64,000 bases of DNA. It comes from Patescibacteria group bacterium (GTDB taxonomy: Bacteria; Patescibacteriota; Patescibacteriia; UBA9934; GWF2-40-263). The stretch spans positions 9,456 through 73,455 of the forward strand of contig JBBTRQ010000019.1 in the NCBI GenBank assembly GCA_038065075.1, given 5' to 3'. The position numbers and the translations under genes are program-made. Below the pieces are notes generated by a model that was given only the letters and a program-made list of their open reading frames with translations, was not told the origin of the DNA and did not search any database. Below, one piece after another: positions 9,358 to 18,799 of the stretch (positions within the stretch are counted from its first letter, which is position 1; the number at the start of each line of letters is the position of its first letter).

Positions 9358-10596
9358 TTAATAGTCTCTGAGTTTTTCGATGAGTGGATGCGCCTGAATT
9401 TTTTCGAGCGCCTTGGCTTCAATCTGACGGATACGCTCGCGCGTGACATCGAACTCGCGGCCGACTTCTTCCAGCGTATGGCTCACGCCATCGGTGAGGC
9501 CGAAACGCATCTCCAGAATCTTTTGCTCACGCGGAGTCAATTCCAGCATGGACTGGTTCACGTAATCCTTGAGGAGTTCTCGCGCGGCTTGTCGATCCGG
9601 TGAGATCGTCTTCACGTCCTCGAGGAAATCTTCAAGCTTTGAATCCTCGTCGTCATCCCCAACGGATGTTTCCAGCGACACCGTGTCCTGCGAGATCTTG
9701 CGGATGTGACGCACCTTCTCGATCGGCTGTCCCATCTCGGCGGCAATTTCTTCCGCGAGCGGCTCACGTCCCAGATCCTGAATGAGCTGGCGCTCGATCT
9801 GTTGGAACTTGTTGATCGTCTCGACCATGTGCACCGGAATGCGAATGGTACGAGACTGGTCGGCGAGCGCGCGCGTGATCGCTTGGCGGATCCACCACGT
9901 CGCGTAGGTCGAAAACTTATACCCTTTGCGGTATTCAAATTTCTTCACGGCACGGAAGAGTCCGATGTTCCCCTCTTGGATCAGATCCAACAGCGACATC
10001 GACTTGCCCACAAACTTTTTGGCGATCGAGACCACCAAACGCAGGTTGGCTTCGATGAGACGTCGTTCGGCTTCTTTCTCGTTGCGTTCTTTGCGCTTGG
10101 CAAGGGCGACTTCCATCTCTCCTGTCAACAACGGAATCTTCCCGATCTCTCGCAAGTACATCTGAATAGAATCTTGCGTGATCTCCGGCAGAGCCACACG
10201 ACGCGCGTCCTCACTCATGCGGATCTTCTCATACACGTCATTGCGTTCCTTGGCGCGACCAAGGATACCCTCCTTCACCTCAACAAAGTGCACGCCGACG
10301 CGTTCGAGCTCGTCAAGAAATGTTTCAAAGACATCTAAGTAATCCTCAAGCTGTGTAAACGTAAACAACAACTCGTTCTCGGTCACATATCCACGACGCA
10401 TGCCCTTATCGACAAGACGTTCGAGAACCTCCTGTGAGGGGGGCTCTGCTCGCTTGTAGCGAACCGGTGCTGGACGAACCATTTTTACAACTGGTCTTTT
10501 CGCGGACTTCTTCTTTGGGACGGCACGATGCACCTTCTTTTTTCCCGCGGCCTTCTTCTTGGCAAGCGGTTTCTTCTTGGATGGAACTCTCGACAT
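9358..10596 (-). CDS. rpoD: Primary RNA polymerase sigma factor
   Basis: [45 protein letters not shown]; Lys-rich N-terminal tail. Confidence 0.97.
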   Translation of the reverse strand: MSRVPSKKKPLAKKKAAGKKKVHRAVPKKKSAKRPVVKMVRPAPVRYKRAEPPSQEVLERLVDKGMRRGYVTENELLFTFTQLEDYLDVFETFLDELERVGVHFVEVKEGILGRAKERNDVYEKIRMSEDARRVALPEITQDSIQMYLREIGKIPLLTGEMEVALAKRKERNEKEAERRLIEANLRLVVSIAKKFVGKSMSLLDLIQEGNIGLFRAVKKFEYRKGYKFSTYATWWIRQAITRALADQSRTIRIPVHMVETINKFQQIERQLIQDLGREPLAEEIAAEMGQPIEKVRHIRKISQDTVSLETSVGDDDEDSKLEDFLEDVKTISPDRQAARELLKDYVNQSMLELTPREQKILEMRFGLTDGVSHTLEEVGREFDVTRERIRQIEAKALEKIQAHPLIEKLRDY

Positions 10597-10633
10597 AGCG
10601 CAAGACAAGAAATATCGGCGCGAGGAGCGCCGT

Positions 10634-12406
10634 CTACTCATTTAAGTGGCTGAGCAACCGCATGACCGCTTGTGTGTCACCGGCGGCCTCCGCCTGTCGA
10701 AGCTCACGCGCAAGCGTGGAACGCTGCTGCGTGGTGGCTTCCTCATCAAGCAAAGAGAACAGATGGTCGATATGCTCCAGCACCTTTTGTGGCGGGAGAT
10801 CCTGAAACGTTTCGTCGGCCATGAACATCGATGTGTCAAGTAGCTCACAGAGGAGTGCTTGCGATGGGTGGCCGTCGGTCAGGTCTTTCATCCGCGAAAA
10901 AAATGGTTTTTGCGCTGGTTGACTGGCTGAATCATACGTGTCAGCCGCAAACTTGTAAAGAGTTATCCACTGTTCCTGCCCCCCAAAGGCCTTTTCAAAA
11001 CGTTTGCGAAAGGTGTCAAACGCTTCGGGTGTTTTGAGGAGATACCCAAGTAACAGTCGACGAGCTTTTTCAGATTTTGGGAGAGAAGGACTAGATGGAC
11101 TGACAGGACGAGAAGGACTGACAGGGCTGGCGACTTGCTTGGGGATTGAAGGACGAAGCTGGTCGACGGAAATCTGCAAGAGGTCGGCGACAACTTGGAG
11201 CCAATGCTCACGCTCAACGACCGAGGTCATCTCTCCAAGCGCGGGCAACAGTTCGCGAGCGATCGCGCGCTTGTCATCGATATTCTTCAGGTCCTTACCG
11301 CGTGTCACGTGTGAAAGAAAAAATTTCATGATCGGCTCAGAGTGTTCGACGAGACGCTTCCAGAGTTCCGGATCTTTTTGCACGAGCTCGTCGGGATCCT
11401 TCACCCCTTCCGGCAAGATCGCCGCGCGAATATCAAACTCAAGTGTGCGCGCCAGACTCATCCCCTTCTTGGCGGCCTTGAGTCCGGCGGCGTCGGAGTC
11501 AAACGCGAAAACAATCGTCGTCGTGTAGCGCTTGATGAGCTCGAGTTGTTCTTGCGTGAGAGCGGTTCCAGAAGAGGCAACAATATTGGCGACACCGGCC
11601 TTATGGGACGCCACCACATCAAGATTCCCCTCGACGATCACCATCGCTCCTGCCTCACGGGCCGGCTGTTTGGCGAGATCCAGTCCAAAGACAAGATGCG
11701 TTTTGGAATAGACCGGCGTCTCAGGCGAATTCATATACTTGGGTCCTTGCTCATCGCCGGGCATACTACGACCGGTAAATCCGACGGTGTTACCGTGATG
11801 GTCACGCAGAGGAATCATCAGACGATTACGAAAACGATCGATCACGCCAGAACCCTGTTTGCGCCGCATCGACACGCCCGCTTGCACAAGCTCGCCTTCG
11901 GAGAATCCATGCTTGAGCAAAAATTGTGAGAGCGTGTCCCAGTCGTCGGGCGCGTAGCCAAGTCCAAATGTTTCCGCGAGCTCGGTCGGGATTTGTCGTT
12001 TCTCAACGTACGCGCGAGCGGCGGACGCCTTGGGAGAATCGATCAACACTTTGCGATAAAACTTCTGCGCGAGATCATTCACTTGGAGCATGCGCGACCG
12101 GGTGTTCGTCTCTGCCGTTGGAAGCCGTCGCACCTCCACACCCACCTTCTTCCCAAGATGCATGAGCGCCTCGGGGAAGGTCATCCCCTCCATCTTCATC
12201 ACGAAACTAAAACAATCTCCCCCCTCACTGCACCCGAAGCAATGCCAGTTCTGGCGATCTTGGGAGACATGGAAGGAAGGAGACTTTTCTGAGTGAAACG
12301 GACACAAGCCCTTGAACCCGGTCGAACCCGAGGGCTTAAGGGCGACATACTCGCTCACGAGATCCAGGATATCGAGCTTCTGTTTGATTTCATCCTTGGG
12401 GTCCAT
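10634..12406 (-). CDS. dnaG: DNA primase
   Basis: [11 protein letters not shown] zinc finger, [18 protein letters not shown] and FDSDAAG. Confidence 0.97.
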   Translation of the reverse strand: MDPKDEIKQKLDILDLVSEYVALKPSGSTGFKGLCPFHSEKSPSFHVSQDRQNWHCFGCSEGGDCFSFVMKMEGMTFPEALMHLGKKVGVEVRRLPTAETNTRSRMLQVNDLAQKFYRKVLIDSPKASAARAYVEKRQIPTELAETFGLGYAPDDWDTLSQFLLKHGFSEGELVQAGVSMRRKQGSGVIDRFRNRLMIPLRDHHGNTVGFTGRSMPGDEQGPKYMNSPETPVYSKTHLVFGLDLAKQPAREAGAMVIVEGNLDVVASHKAGVANIVASSGTALTQEQLELIKRYTTTIVFAFDSDAAGLKAAKKGMSLARTLEFDIRAAILPEGVKDPDELVQKDPELWKRLVEHSEPIMKFFLSHVTRGKDLKNIDDKRAIARELLPALGEMTSVVEREHWLQVVADLLQISVDQLRPSIPKQVASPVSPSRPVSPSSPSLPKSEKARRLLLGYLLKTPEAFDTFRKRFEKAFGGQEQWITLYKFAADTYDSASQPAQKPFFSRMKDLTDGHPSQALLCELLDTSMFMADETFQDLPPQKVLEHIDHLFSLLDEEATTQQRSTLARELRQAEAAGDTQAVMRLLSHLNE

Positions 12407-12415
12407 GATCAGAGC

Positions 12416-12976
12416 TTACGACGAGAGACGGCTTCCCACAAGAGCAATCAGAAGGATCCCGAGAAAATTTGAGAGGTAGGAGACGACCATAAAAAGTTTC
12501 GTTGGAAGTTTTGTGATCCCCAAGAGGGTCACGCCCAGCTCGTCTGGAAGAGGAGAGGCGATAATGAGTCCCCCCACGAACGGAAGGAGCCATGTGAAAG
12601 AGCGGAACCGTGAAAGAGAAAAGGCGGAACGGAGTCGGCGTGTTTTGATGAACTGTTCGATGTCGCGATTGACATGCGATTTCAAGAATCCAAAAAGAAC
12701 GAGGTCGCCTAACACGGCTCCCAACGCCCCGACACCGGCAATCGCCCACGGCGAGCCCGCCGCGCCAAGTTCTCCAAGGACAACGACCGACGCGGGGGTC
12801 GTCAACACGGAGGTAAAAAAAATTCCAGCCACAAAGCTCGTGAGAACCTCTCGTTCGAGTGTGGCCGTCAAAATCTGTTCGACGGACGGACTGACGAGAA
12901 GAAATACCGCGACACCGACACTCATCAAAAGCAGGAGAGCGTCTTTTGTGATATGCACTCGTGCTGAATGATTCAT
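12416..12976 (-). CDS. Membrane protein, DedA/VTT-like
   Basis: Multiple TM helices, GAVLGD and SPLPDE motifs. Confidence 0.65.
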   Translation of the reverse strand: MNHSARVHITKDALLLLMSVGVAVFLLVSPSVEQILTATLEREVLTSFVAGIFFTSVLTTPASVVVLGELGAAGSPWAIAGVGALGAVLGDLVLFGFLKSHVNRDIEQFIKTRRLRSAFSLSRFRSFTWLLPFVGGLIIASPLPDELGVTLLGITKLPTKLFMVVSYLSNFLGILLIALVGSRLSS

Positions 12977-12999
12977 AACTCTTATGAGAATACCATAAA

Positions 13000-13032
13000 C
13001 AAAACAACCCGACGATCGGGGTGTTTTGGCGG
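13000..13032. repeat. Direct repeat copy 1 (tRNA 3' end plus terminator); att-like island boundary
   Basis: CAAAACAACCCGACGATCGGGGTGTTTTGGCGG, 32/33 identical to 15051-15083. Confidence 0.8.
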
Positions 13033-13155
13033 GACGGAAAAGTCATGAACCAAAATCAGTAATGTTTTGTAAGGGATTTTGGAAAATTTTGTCTTTGAAA
13101 ATTTTAGGCCTGTAGGTCGATTGATTTTTGTCATCAGGAAGTGGAAAATACTCGA

Positions 13156-13908
13156 CTAGTACTTCAGAAGAACATTCTCAATGAGGTCGAGAGCAAATTC
13201 AGTCGTTTTGTGTGCTGAGAATGAAATTCTTGATGGGTGACCGGCGCTATTTCGGATACCAAGCTTCTCGTCGAGAATCTTACGCACGTCATGCGATATG
13301 ATGTTTGCGCTGCGCATGAGTTCTATAACACGCGATTCCTTAAAATCCGAGAAGTCATCGTAAGCGACAACGGGCTTCATTTTCTTGTCGGAATGGGCGG
13401 CGATGGCAACGTTATATTTATCAAGATGATTTCCAAAAATGAACTTCTGCAAGTGGTCCATGGTCAGTATCCAGACCATGATGATCGCCGCCCGGTATGA
13501 TTCGACGCGATAGCTGCGTATTGCTTCCTCAAGGAACGCGCGCTCTTGTGAATCAATAAGCCTTGGAACCATGTCCAGAAGATGCTCTGCAACCTGAACG
13601 CGCTTCGGTTCAGCATCGACAGCAATGCGAATCTCATCGAACGCGGAACGCTCGAGCCTATAACCCCTTGGATGCTTTATGTAGCGGCCTCCCTTTTTCG
13701 TTACTTCTTCAGATAAATAAACCGAGAGACGCGAATAGGGCCGTATGTCAAGAAGCGCCATAGACTCCTCGACATCCACAACTGTGACGATTTCGGTGCT
13801 CGGCTGAGTCAGGAGATAATAAGCAAGGTAATCAACTTGCTTCGTTGTCGCCCAGCTGGCGAAGTCGACGAAGCGTGTAACGAATAAGTTGAGTGCTTCA
13901 CGTGTCAT
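13156..13908 (-). CDS. wHTH-like plus HEPN (DUF4145-like) protein
   Basis: FLEEAIRSY...YRAAIIMVW helix and Rx4H motif RNSAGH. Confidence 0.7.
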   Translation of the reverse strand: MTREALNLFVTRFVDFASWATTKQVDYLAYYLLTQPSTEIVTVVDVEESMALLDIRPYSRLSVYLSEEVTKKGGRYIKHPRGYRLERSAFDEIRIAVDAEPKRVQVAEHLLDMVPRLIDSQERAFLEEAIRSYRVESYRAAIIMVWILTMDHLQKFIFGNHLDKYNVAIAAHSDKKMKPVVAYDDFSDFKESRVIELMRSANIISHDVRKILDEKLGIRNSAGHPSRISFSAHKTTEFALDLIENVLLKY

Positions 13909-14342
13909 ACGCTCTTCTTTCTAAATCCTTTCTGCACCATTTCTTCGCCGCTACGCGTCAATACCCATGCCTTCAGACTATCTTTCTTCTCCTTTTCCTC
14001 CATGAAGTGTCCCTTCGCGACGCACATGTTAGCCTTGTCATTTATGTTACTTGGCACCTGCTCCTTTGCGGCGCGGAATCCCTTTTCAAGATCAGCACCG
14101 TTGAAGGAGGCTGTCTCTTTGTGAAGTTCGAGGTAGTATCCGATCGCTAGTGTCATCTGCACGGCATTAGTGGGAGCACGGTCAATGATGAACTCCTTGA
14201 TGGACAGCTCCTTCTCGACCGAACGTACGATAACCGCTTCACCAACTGCCCGCGGCTGTCCCTCAAGGTGTGCAACACGTTCGTTGAGTTCTTTTATCGA
14301 TGCGAGAATTTCTTCAAGCAAACCTCTCGTTTCTGAGTCCAT
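13905..14342 (-). CDS. Coiled-coil plus wHTH-like hypothetical protein
   Basis: Overlapping stop/start with neighbour; C-terminal WVLTRSGEEMV wing pattern. Confidence 0.65.
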   Translation of the reverse strand: MDSETRGLLEEILASIKELNERVAHLEGQPRAVGEAVIVRSVEKELSIKEFIIDRAPTNAVQMTLAIGYYLELHKETASFNGADLEKGFRAAKEQVPSNINDKANMCVAKGHFMEEKEKKDSLKAWVLTRSGEEMVQKGFRKKSV

Positions 14343-14344
14343 AC

Positions 14345-14749
14345 TTATGCGTTTTTAGGTACGTCATTTTCCAGGCGCTCGATAACCGAATCGACACGCC
14401 GGTTAGGAATTTCATAATTCTTTCCGCTTCCAGCGAGGTACCCATCTTTCTTCAACTTCTGGATTGTCGGATCGACCGTACCCTTTGGGAGTCCAGTCTT
14501 CTCGTGCACTTCCTTGCCGGAAGTGCCCGCGACTTCGGTTACTCCGTCGGCTTTAAGAAGTTTCCTTACGAGGCAGTATGCGAGAACTTTCTCCTCGTTC
14601 TTGAGGGCATTGCCTTCCTTCGTGTAGAAAACTCCATCACCTCCCCGCTGTATGCTAAGGATCGGCTTGAGAGCGTTTACGGCTCGCTCAGTGTCGAATG
14701 GGCCGCCGTCCGTGTAGAGATCTTCCAGTAACGATTTTTTTTCATTCAT
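14345..14749 (-). CDS. Winged-HTH protein
   Basis: GKEVHEKTGLPKGTVDPTIQKLKKDGYL. Confidence 0.7.
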   Translation of the reverse strand: MNEKKSLLEDLYTDGGPFDTERAVNALKPILSIQRGGDGVFYTKEGNALKNEEKVLAYCLVRKLLKADGVTEVAGTSGKEVHEKTGLPKGTVDPTIQKLKKDGYLAGSGKNYEIPNRRVDSVIERLENDVPKNA

Positions 14750-14772
14750 AGGAATTGGGTTATTTCACGGCC

Positions 14773-14800
14773 ATGGTAACACTCTAGTGAACTGTGTCAA
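14773..14800 (-). promoter_or_regulatory. Sigma70-like promoter of the three-gene island
   Basis: TTGACA-16-TACCAT with TG extension. Confidence 0.5.
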
Positions 14801-15050
14801 GTGATGGCAAATTTCTGCTTATTCATAACCAGATATGTATAAATAATGTAATATTTATTAGGCCAATCGAACTATGCTATGGTAAGCGTATACATAACTA
14901 TGCCACAGATGTATTCTAGAATAGAGATTACGTCAACAAAAACGTATAAGTCTACAGTATGTTTTGCATATCTCATAGCGTTTGCGCGCTATTTTAGAAT
15001 CAGATTCTGGATCTAACAATGACATTCGATCGATCAATTCTGCTTATAAT

Positions 15051-15083
15051 CAAAACAACCCGACGATCGGGTTGTTTTGGCGG
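15051..15083. repeat. Direct repeat copy 2, overlapping the tRNA-Ser 3' end and terminator
   Basis: CAAAACAACCCGACGATCGGGTTGTTTTGGCGG. Confidence 0.8.
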
Positions 15084-15165
15084 AGAGGAGAGGATTCGAA
15101 CCTCCGATACCTTGCGGTATATTCGCTTTCCAAGCGAACGCACTAGGCCACTATGCGACCTCTCC
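15078..15165 (-). tRNA. tRNA-Ser(GGA)
   Basis: GGAGAGG acceptor, anticodon arm TTCGC-TTGGAAA-GCGAA, long variable arm, GGTTCGAATCC, CCA end. Confidence 0.96.
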
Positions 15166-15324
15166 AGATGGAGATGACGGGCAGAACTATAACAAAACTC
15201 TCTGAAATTGAAAACCCAACGTTAGCAGATGTCGTTAGCAAGGTGCACAAAATGATTGACAATCTAGCCGTTTTCTGGCCAAGCTGGGTAGAGAACCCCT
15301 ACTTGTAGTGAGCCACGTCGAACT

Positions 15325-15732
15325 ATGCAAAGACTCCTCCCACATCCCCTTCCAGCCACTCCCGAAGCCCTTATGACAAAAGCGGGCTATGTTCGGCATT
15401 GTGTGGAAGCAGGACGGGCGTGTTATCATCGACGTCTGAACGATCCGGCATTTCCTCGATTCCATGCCTATGTTTCCCTCAACACCCACGGCATGCTCAT
15501 CGACCTGCACTTCGACGCGTTAGACAGCATCAACCACAAAAGCAACCACGATCAGCCGTGGGCGTATGAAGGCGGGCGTGTGGACGAAGAGATGCGACGA
15601 ATGATCCAAGCGATGTGTGGGATCATCTGTCTCAAAAAAATCTATCACCCACCAGAACCTGATTCCCCTGTGGTGATAGCCGACCCGAAGAAAAAACGAA
15701 GCCTATTCGATCTCCTATTCAAGACAATGTAA
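15325..15732 (+). CDS. Hypothetical protein, paralog of next gene
   Basis: Shares FPRFHAYV..LH.D...H...YEG..V..EM.R with 15737-16111. Confidence 0.7.
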   Translation: MQRLLPHPLPATPEALMTKAGYVRHCVEAGRACYHRRLNDPAFPRFHAYVSLNTHGMLIDLHFDALDSINHKSNHDQPWAYEGGRVDEEMRRMIQAMCGIICLKKIYHPPEPDSPVVIADPKKKRSLFDLLFKTM

Positions 15733-15736
15733 GACT

Positions 15737-16111
15737 ATGAAAAAGTTCTTTGCCGGTCCGCTTTCCGACAATGCCCGTAACCTCCTGCGACGGCTTGGAT
15801 ACGGCGAGCAACGGACGCGAGCGGGGCAGATCAGTTATGTGAAGCGTGTCATGGGTGAACGGTTCCCGCGCTACCACGCCTATGTCGAGGACATGAACGG
15901 CGGGATCCAAGTGAACCTGCACGTCGACCAAAAAGAAGCGAGCTACGAAGGGACGAGCGCCCACGCGGGAGAGTATGAAGGTCCCGTCGTGGAGCGGGAG
16001 ATGTCACGAGTCGCCGGGTTCGTTGCCACACTCAAGGGTGGAGGCGTCACGACCGAACCTGCATCGCCGCCCGAAAAGAAAAAAGGCTTCTGGGGAACCC
16101 TGTTTGGCTAG
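15737..16111 (+). CDS. Conserved hypothetical protein
   Basis: FPRYHAYV, NLHVDQK, HAGEYEGPVVEREM; C-terminal KKGFWGTLFG. Confidence 0.75.
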   Translation: MKKFFAGPLSDNARNLLRRLGYGEQRTRAGQISYVKRVMGERFPRYHAYVEDMNGGIQVNLHVDQKEASYEGTSAHAGEYEGPVVEREMSRVAGFVATLKGGGVTTEPASPPEKKKGFWGTLFG

Positions 16112-16192
16112 AAATGAAAATCCCGCCGTCGCTCAGAGCTATGGCGGGCAAGGCGCTCGGCTGCGTACCGGGCGCGTTTTTTGTTTCCTTCT

Positions 16193-16720
16193 CTAGAGGG
16201 AGGGTTGTGGGCGATGAGGAAGCGGGTCGATGACCCGGCGGGATCCGTAGATCCCTGCGCGATAGTCAACGATCCCCTGGCGTTCGTTGTCGTGCACCGC
16301 GCGCGAGGGCGTGGGACCTGTGAACACGGACTCGGGGATGACCTGAATTCGCCTGTCGAGGATGCACTCAAGCTCGCCCTGGAGCATGCTCATGGCCCGC
16401 TCCATATGCCACCAGTCGGTGACGAGGTGGATGCGCGCGACCTCTGTGTGAGCGCGCATACGCATACTCTGCCCGACTGCCTGGGCGTCGGCAAGCGTGC
16501 ATGAGCGCGCATCGTACGCAGCAACAGCCGTGTGCACACCCGCGCTCCACGCGCGAATCTGGAACGCACGGACTTCCTCGCCGCCGCAGGCATCGCCCGC
16601 GATGAAGAGCAGGGCATCGAGCGTGAGCGCGATCTGGATCGCGTGGTTGATTCGACGGGTGGGGGTCTGATCCCCCTCGTCATGGGGTCCGCAGAACATC
16701 GCAACAGCAGTAATTGGCAC
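16193..16720 (-). CDS. YdcF/ElyC (DUF218)-like protein
   Basis: LVTDWWHMERA motif; GGAG RBS before GTG. Confidence 0.65.
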   Translation of the reverse strand: MPITAVAMFCGPHDEGDQTPTRRINHAIQIALTLDALLFIAGDACGGEEVRAFQIRAWSAGVHTAVAAYDARSCTLADAQAVGQSMRMRAHTEVARIHLVTDWWHMERAMSMLQGELECILDRRIQVIPESVFTGPTPSRAVHDNERQGIVDYRAGIYGSRRVIDPLPHRPQPSL

Positions 16721-16745
16721 GAATCCTCCAGCGGGGTCAGGTTCT

Positions 16746-16827
16746 AGATAGGTTCAGGTACTTCCAAAAAATTTGCTTGGCCCGGCTTTGCCAGCAAGAA
16801 ATTTTTTGGAAGTACCTGAACCTATCT
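16746..16827. repeat. Perfect 29-bp inverted repeat
   Basis: AGATAGGTTCAGGTACTTCCAAAAAATTT (16746-16774) and its reverse complement (16799-16827). Confidence 0.85.
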
Positions 16828-17583
16828 TCACATCATCTTCCACAGCGCATCGAAGATCATCTCCTGCGTGGCGGCGATCGCATCATCCTCGATAATCACC
16901 CCGAATAGCTGTCGACGCTCGTCCAGAGACACGAAGGCAGTCTTGCCGAGATAGATGAAGATATACGACGGAGCCTTGTTGGTCTGCGTCAACCATTTGC
17001 GCTCATCGAGTCCATGCGTGGATCCGCCAGCGCCGATCGAAATCGTTTTGACTCGAACGTGGTGGCGGACACGAAGTTTGATGAACCCTGGCCAGGCGTG
17101 GGCGATGAGATCGCGAATCCCCTCCGACGAATAGATGCGGAAGAGCTTGTCCTTCGACTTCTCGCTTGTCTTCAAGACGTCGGCTAGAATGTCCCTCACC
17201 CCTCCCTCGCCTTCGTAGTAACGGACACTGGGGCGATGGCTACTTGATCCCAGAAGCTCTTGAAACTGCGGCACGACATCTTTGAGTTTGAGCTGAGCTT
17301 CTTGGATGGCGACTTCGCGACGCACGGCGAGTCCTGTCAATTTTTGTGGATCCTCGGCCGTGAAGTAGCGATGCGTCTTGGCGTCCATATGGGAGACGAG
17401 CCCAACGTCGATGAGACGTTTGAGGGCGTCGTAGGTGGTTCCGCGATTGAGGTTTGTCTCCTGCGCCAGCTTTCGCAAAGGCGCGGTTCCCAATTTGAGA
17501 AGGTGCGTATAGACGGTCATGTCCTTGGGTTTGAGTCCCAAGAGCTCGAGCGTCTCATCAGACAGTGTAGGCAGCTTAGACAT
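16828..17583 (-). CDS. TrmB family transcriptional regulator
   Basis: LGL...VY..LL..G, RGTTYDALKRL..GLV, VRYYEG..G. Confidence 0.88.
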   Translation of the reverse strand: MSKLPTLSDETLELLGLKPKDMTVYTHLLKLGTAPLRKLAQETNLNRGTTYDALKRLIDVGLVSHMDAKTHRYFTAEDPQKLTGLAVRREVAIQEAQLKLKDVVPQFQELLGSSSHRPSVRYYEGEGGVRDILADVLKTSEKSKDKLFRIYSSEGIRDLIAHAWPGFIKLRVRHHVRVKTISIGAGGSTHGLDERKWLTQTNKAPSYIFIYLGKTAFVSLDERRQLFGVIIEDDAIAATQEMIFDALWKMM

Positions 17584-17702
17584 AGGTGACGATAAAAGTG
17601 GCTGGTCTTTGTGGATAAATGAAAATAGCCTCGTCTTTTAGGCTATTTTCGATTGGCTTTTTTGTCAAACTTTGCTCGACAACTTTCCTGTGAATAAATG
17701 CG

Positions 17703-17731
17703 TTGACGAAGGCGATTGAATCTGGTTTAAT
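17703..17731 (+). promoter_or_regulatory. Sigma70 promoter with no credible downstream ORF
   Basis: TTGACG-17-TTTAAT with TG extension. Confidence 0.65.
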
Positions 17732-17737
17732 GAAAGT

Positions 17738-17908
17738 AGTTGATAATCTCGGTAGCGTAAATTGAATACCCCCTCAGATCTGAACTGTATAGTTCTGTTT
17801 GTGGGGGTGTTTTGTTTGTGCTCTTTAATCCGTGGGCTCGGCTTGGTGCGCGACCGAGATTATCAACTCAGGTTGCTGGGGTTCAACCCCCCACGGGTCC
17901 ACGGATTT
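17738..17908 (+). ncRNA. Structured RNA candidate containing a tRNA-like domain
   Basis: 16-bp inverted repeat 17738-17753/17853-17868; acceptor-like stem 17834-17840/17894-17900; T-arm TGGGG-TTCAACC-CCCCA. Confidence 0.5.
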
Positions 17909-17922
17909 GAGGGCGGAAGCTC

Positions 17923-18678
17923 TTATCGATTAAATCGCTTTTGATAAACCCACACTCCCCCGACCACCATCACGATCGCGAGATACTGCGCCGGAGTGAG
18001 CGAGAAGTAACGTGTGTCGACGATGGCCCCGTTGGTGGCGCGAAGAAAGTCGAGGAAGAATCGTACGACGCCGTACCAGATCAAGAAGACGACGATGTAC
18101 GTCCCTGTCTTGGCGTGCCTGCGCGCAAGCCAGAGAAACAGGAGGAACAACACGAGTCCGTTGATCGAATCGTACAAGCCGTGGTCATGGCGCACGCCAT
18201 CGGGATACTTCACTCCCAAAGCAAAATCGGTGAGCGTCCCGGGATGATCGTGGATAAGGAAACAGCCGATGCGACCGATGAAGATACCCACCGGGAGTCC
18301 GAAGATGGCCGTGTCGCAGTAGGCGTACACGTCAACATGACGTCGACGAAGAAACCAGATTCCCGCGACCGTGGCTCCGAGGAATCCACCCATGATCGAG
18401 AAGCCGCCATGCCAGATGCGGAAAAACTCGAGCGGATCGCTGAGATAATATGCCGGCTCGTAGATGAGCATGAACACGCGGGCCATAAGAAACGCGCCCA
18501 CGATCACCCAGACGCTCAAATCCCAAATGACTTTCGGATCCTGACCGCGATGCTTGGCCATTTTTGCCGCCACCCACGTCGCCGCAAGAATCCCCATCGC
18601 AACGAAAAATCCCCACACCTGGATGGTGAGGGGGCCTAGTGAAATAGACGTGAACTGGAAGTATGGGATCATAGTCAT
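17923..18678 (-). CDS. lgt: Prolipoprotein diacylglyceryl transferase
   Basis: RIWHGGFSIMGG, IGRIGCF, YGVVRFFLDFLR. Confidence 0.92.
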   Translation of the reverse strand: MTMIPYFQFTSISLGPLTIQVWGFFVAMGILAATWVAAKMAKHRGQDPKVIWDLSVWVIVGAFLMARVFMLIYEPAYYLSDPLEFFRIWHGGFSIMGGFLGATVAGIWFLRRRHVDVYAYCDTAIFGLPVGIFIGRIGCFLIHDHPGTLTDFALGVKYPDGVRHDHGLYDSINGLVLFLLFLWLARRHAKTGTYIVVFLIWYGVVRFFLDFLRATNGAIVDTRYFSLTPAQYLAIVMVVGGVWVYQKRFNR

Positions 18679-18679
18679 G

Positions 18680-18799
18680 TGTCATCCCGACCGAGGCCAT
18701 ACCATGGCCGAGCGGAGGGATCCAGAACCTGAGAGATCCCTCGACTCCCGTTGGTCGCTCGGGATGACACAACAGGACGGGACGGTCGTCGGGATGACA
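18680..18799. repeat. TGTC/CGTC-type REP-like palindrome cluster
   Basis: TGTCATCCCGACCGA...GAGGGATC / GATCCCTCGAC...CGGGATGACA. Confidence 0.75.

Noticed and set aside
13027-13052. Second tRNA gene at the left island boundary
   Set aside because: Only a few 3'-terminal bases match; no cloverleaf
17762-17944. 60-aa ORF downstream of the 17703 promoter
   Set aside because: TTG start, no SD, overlaps the lgt end, and the region is better explained by RNA structure
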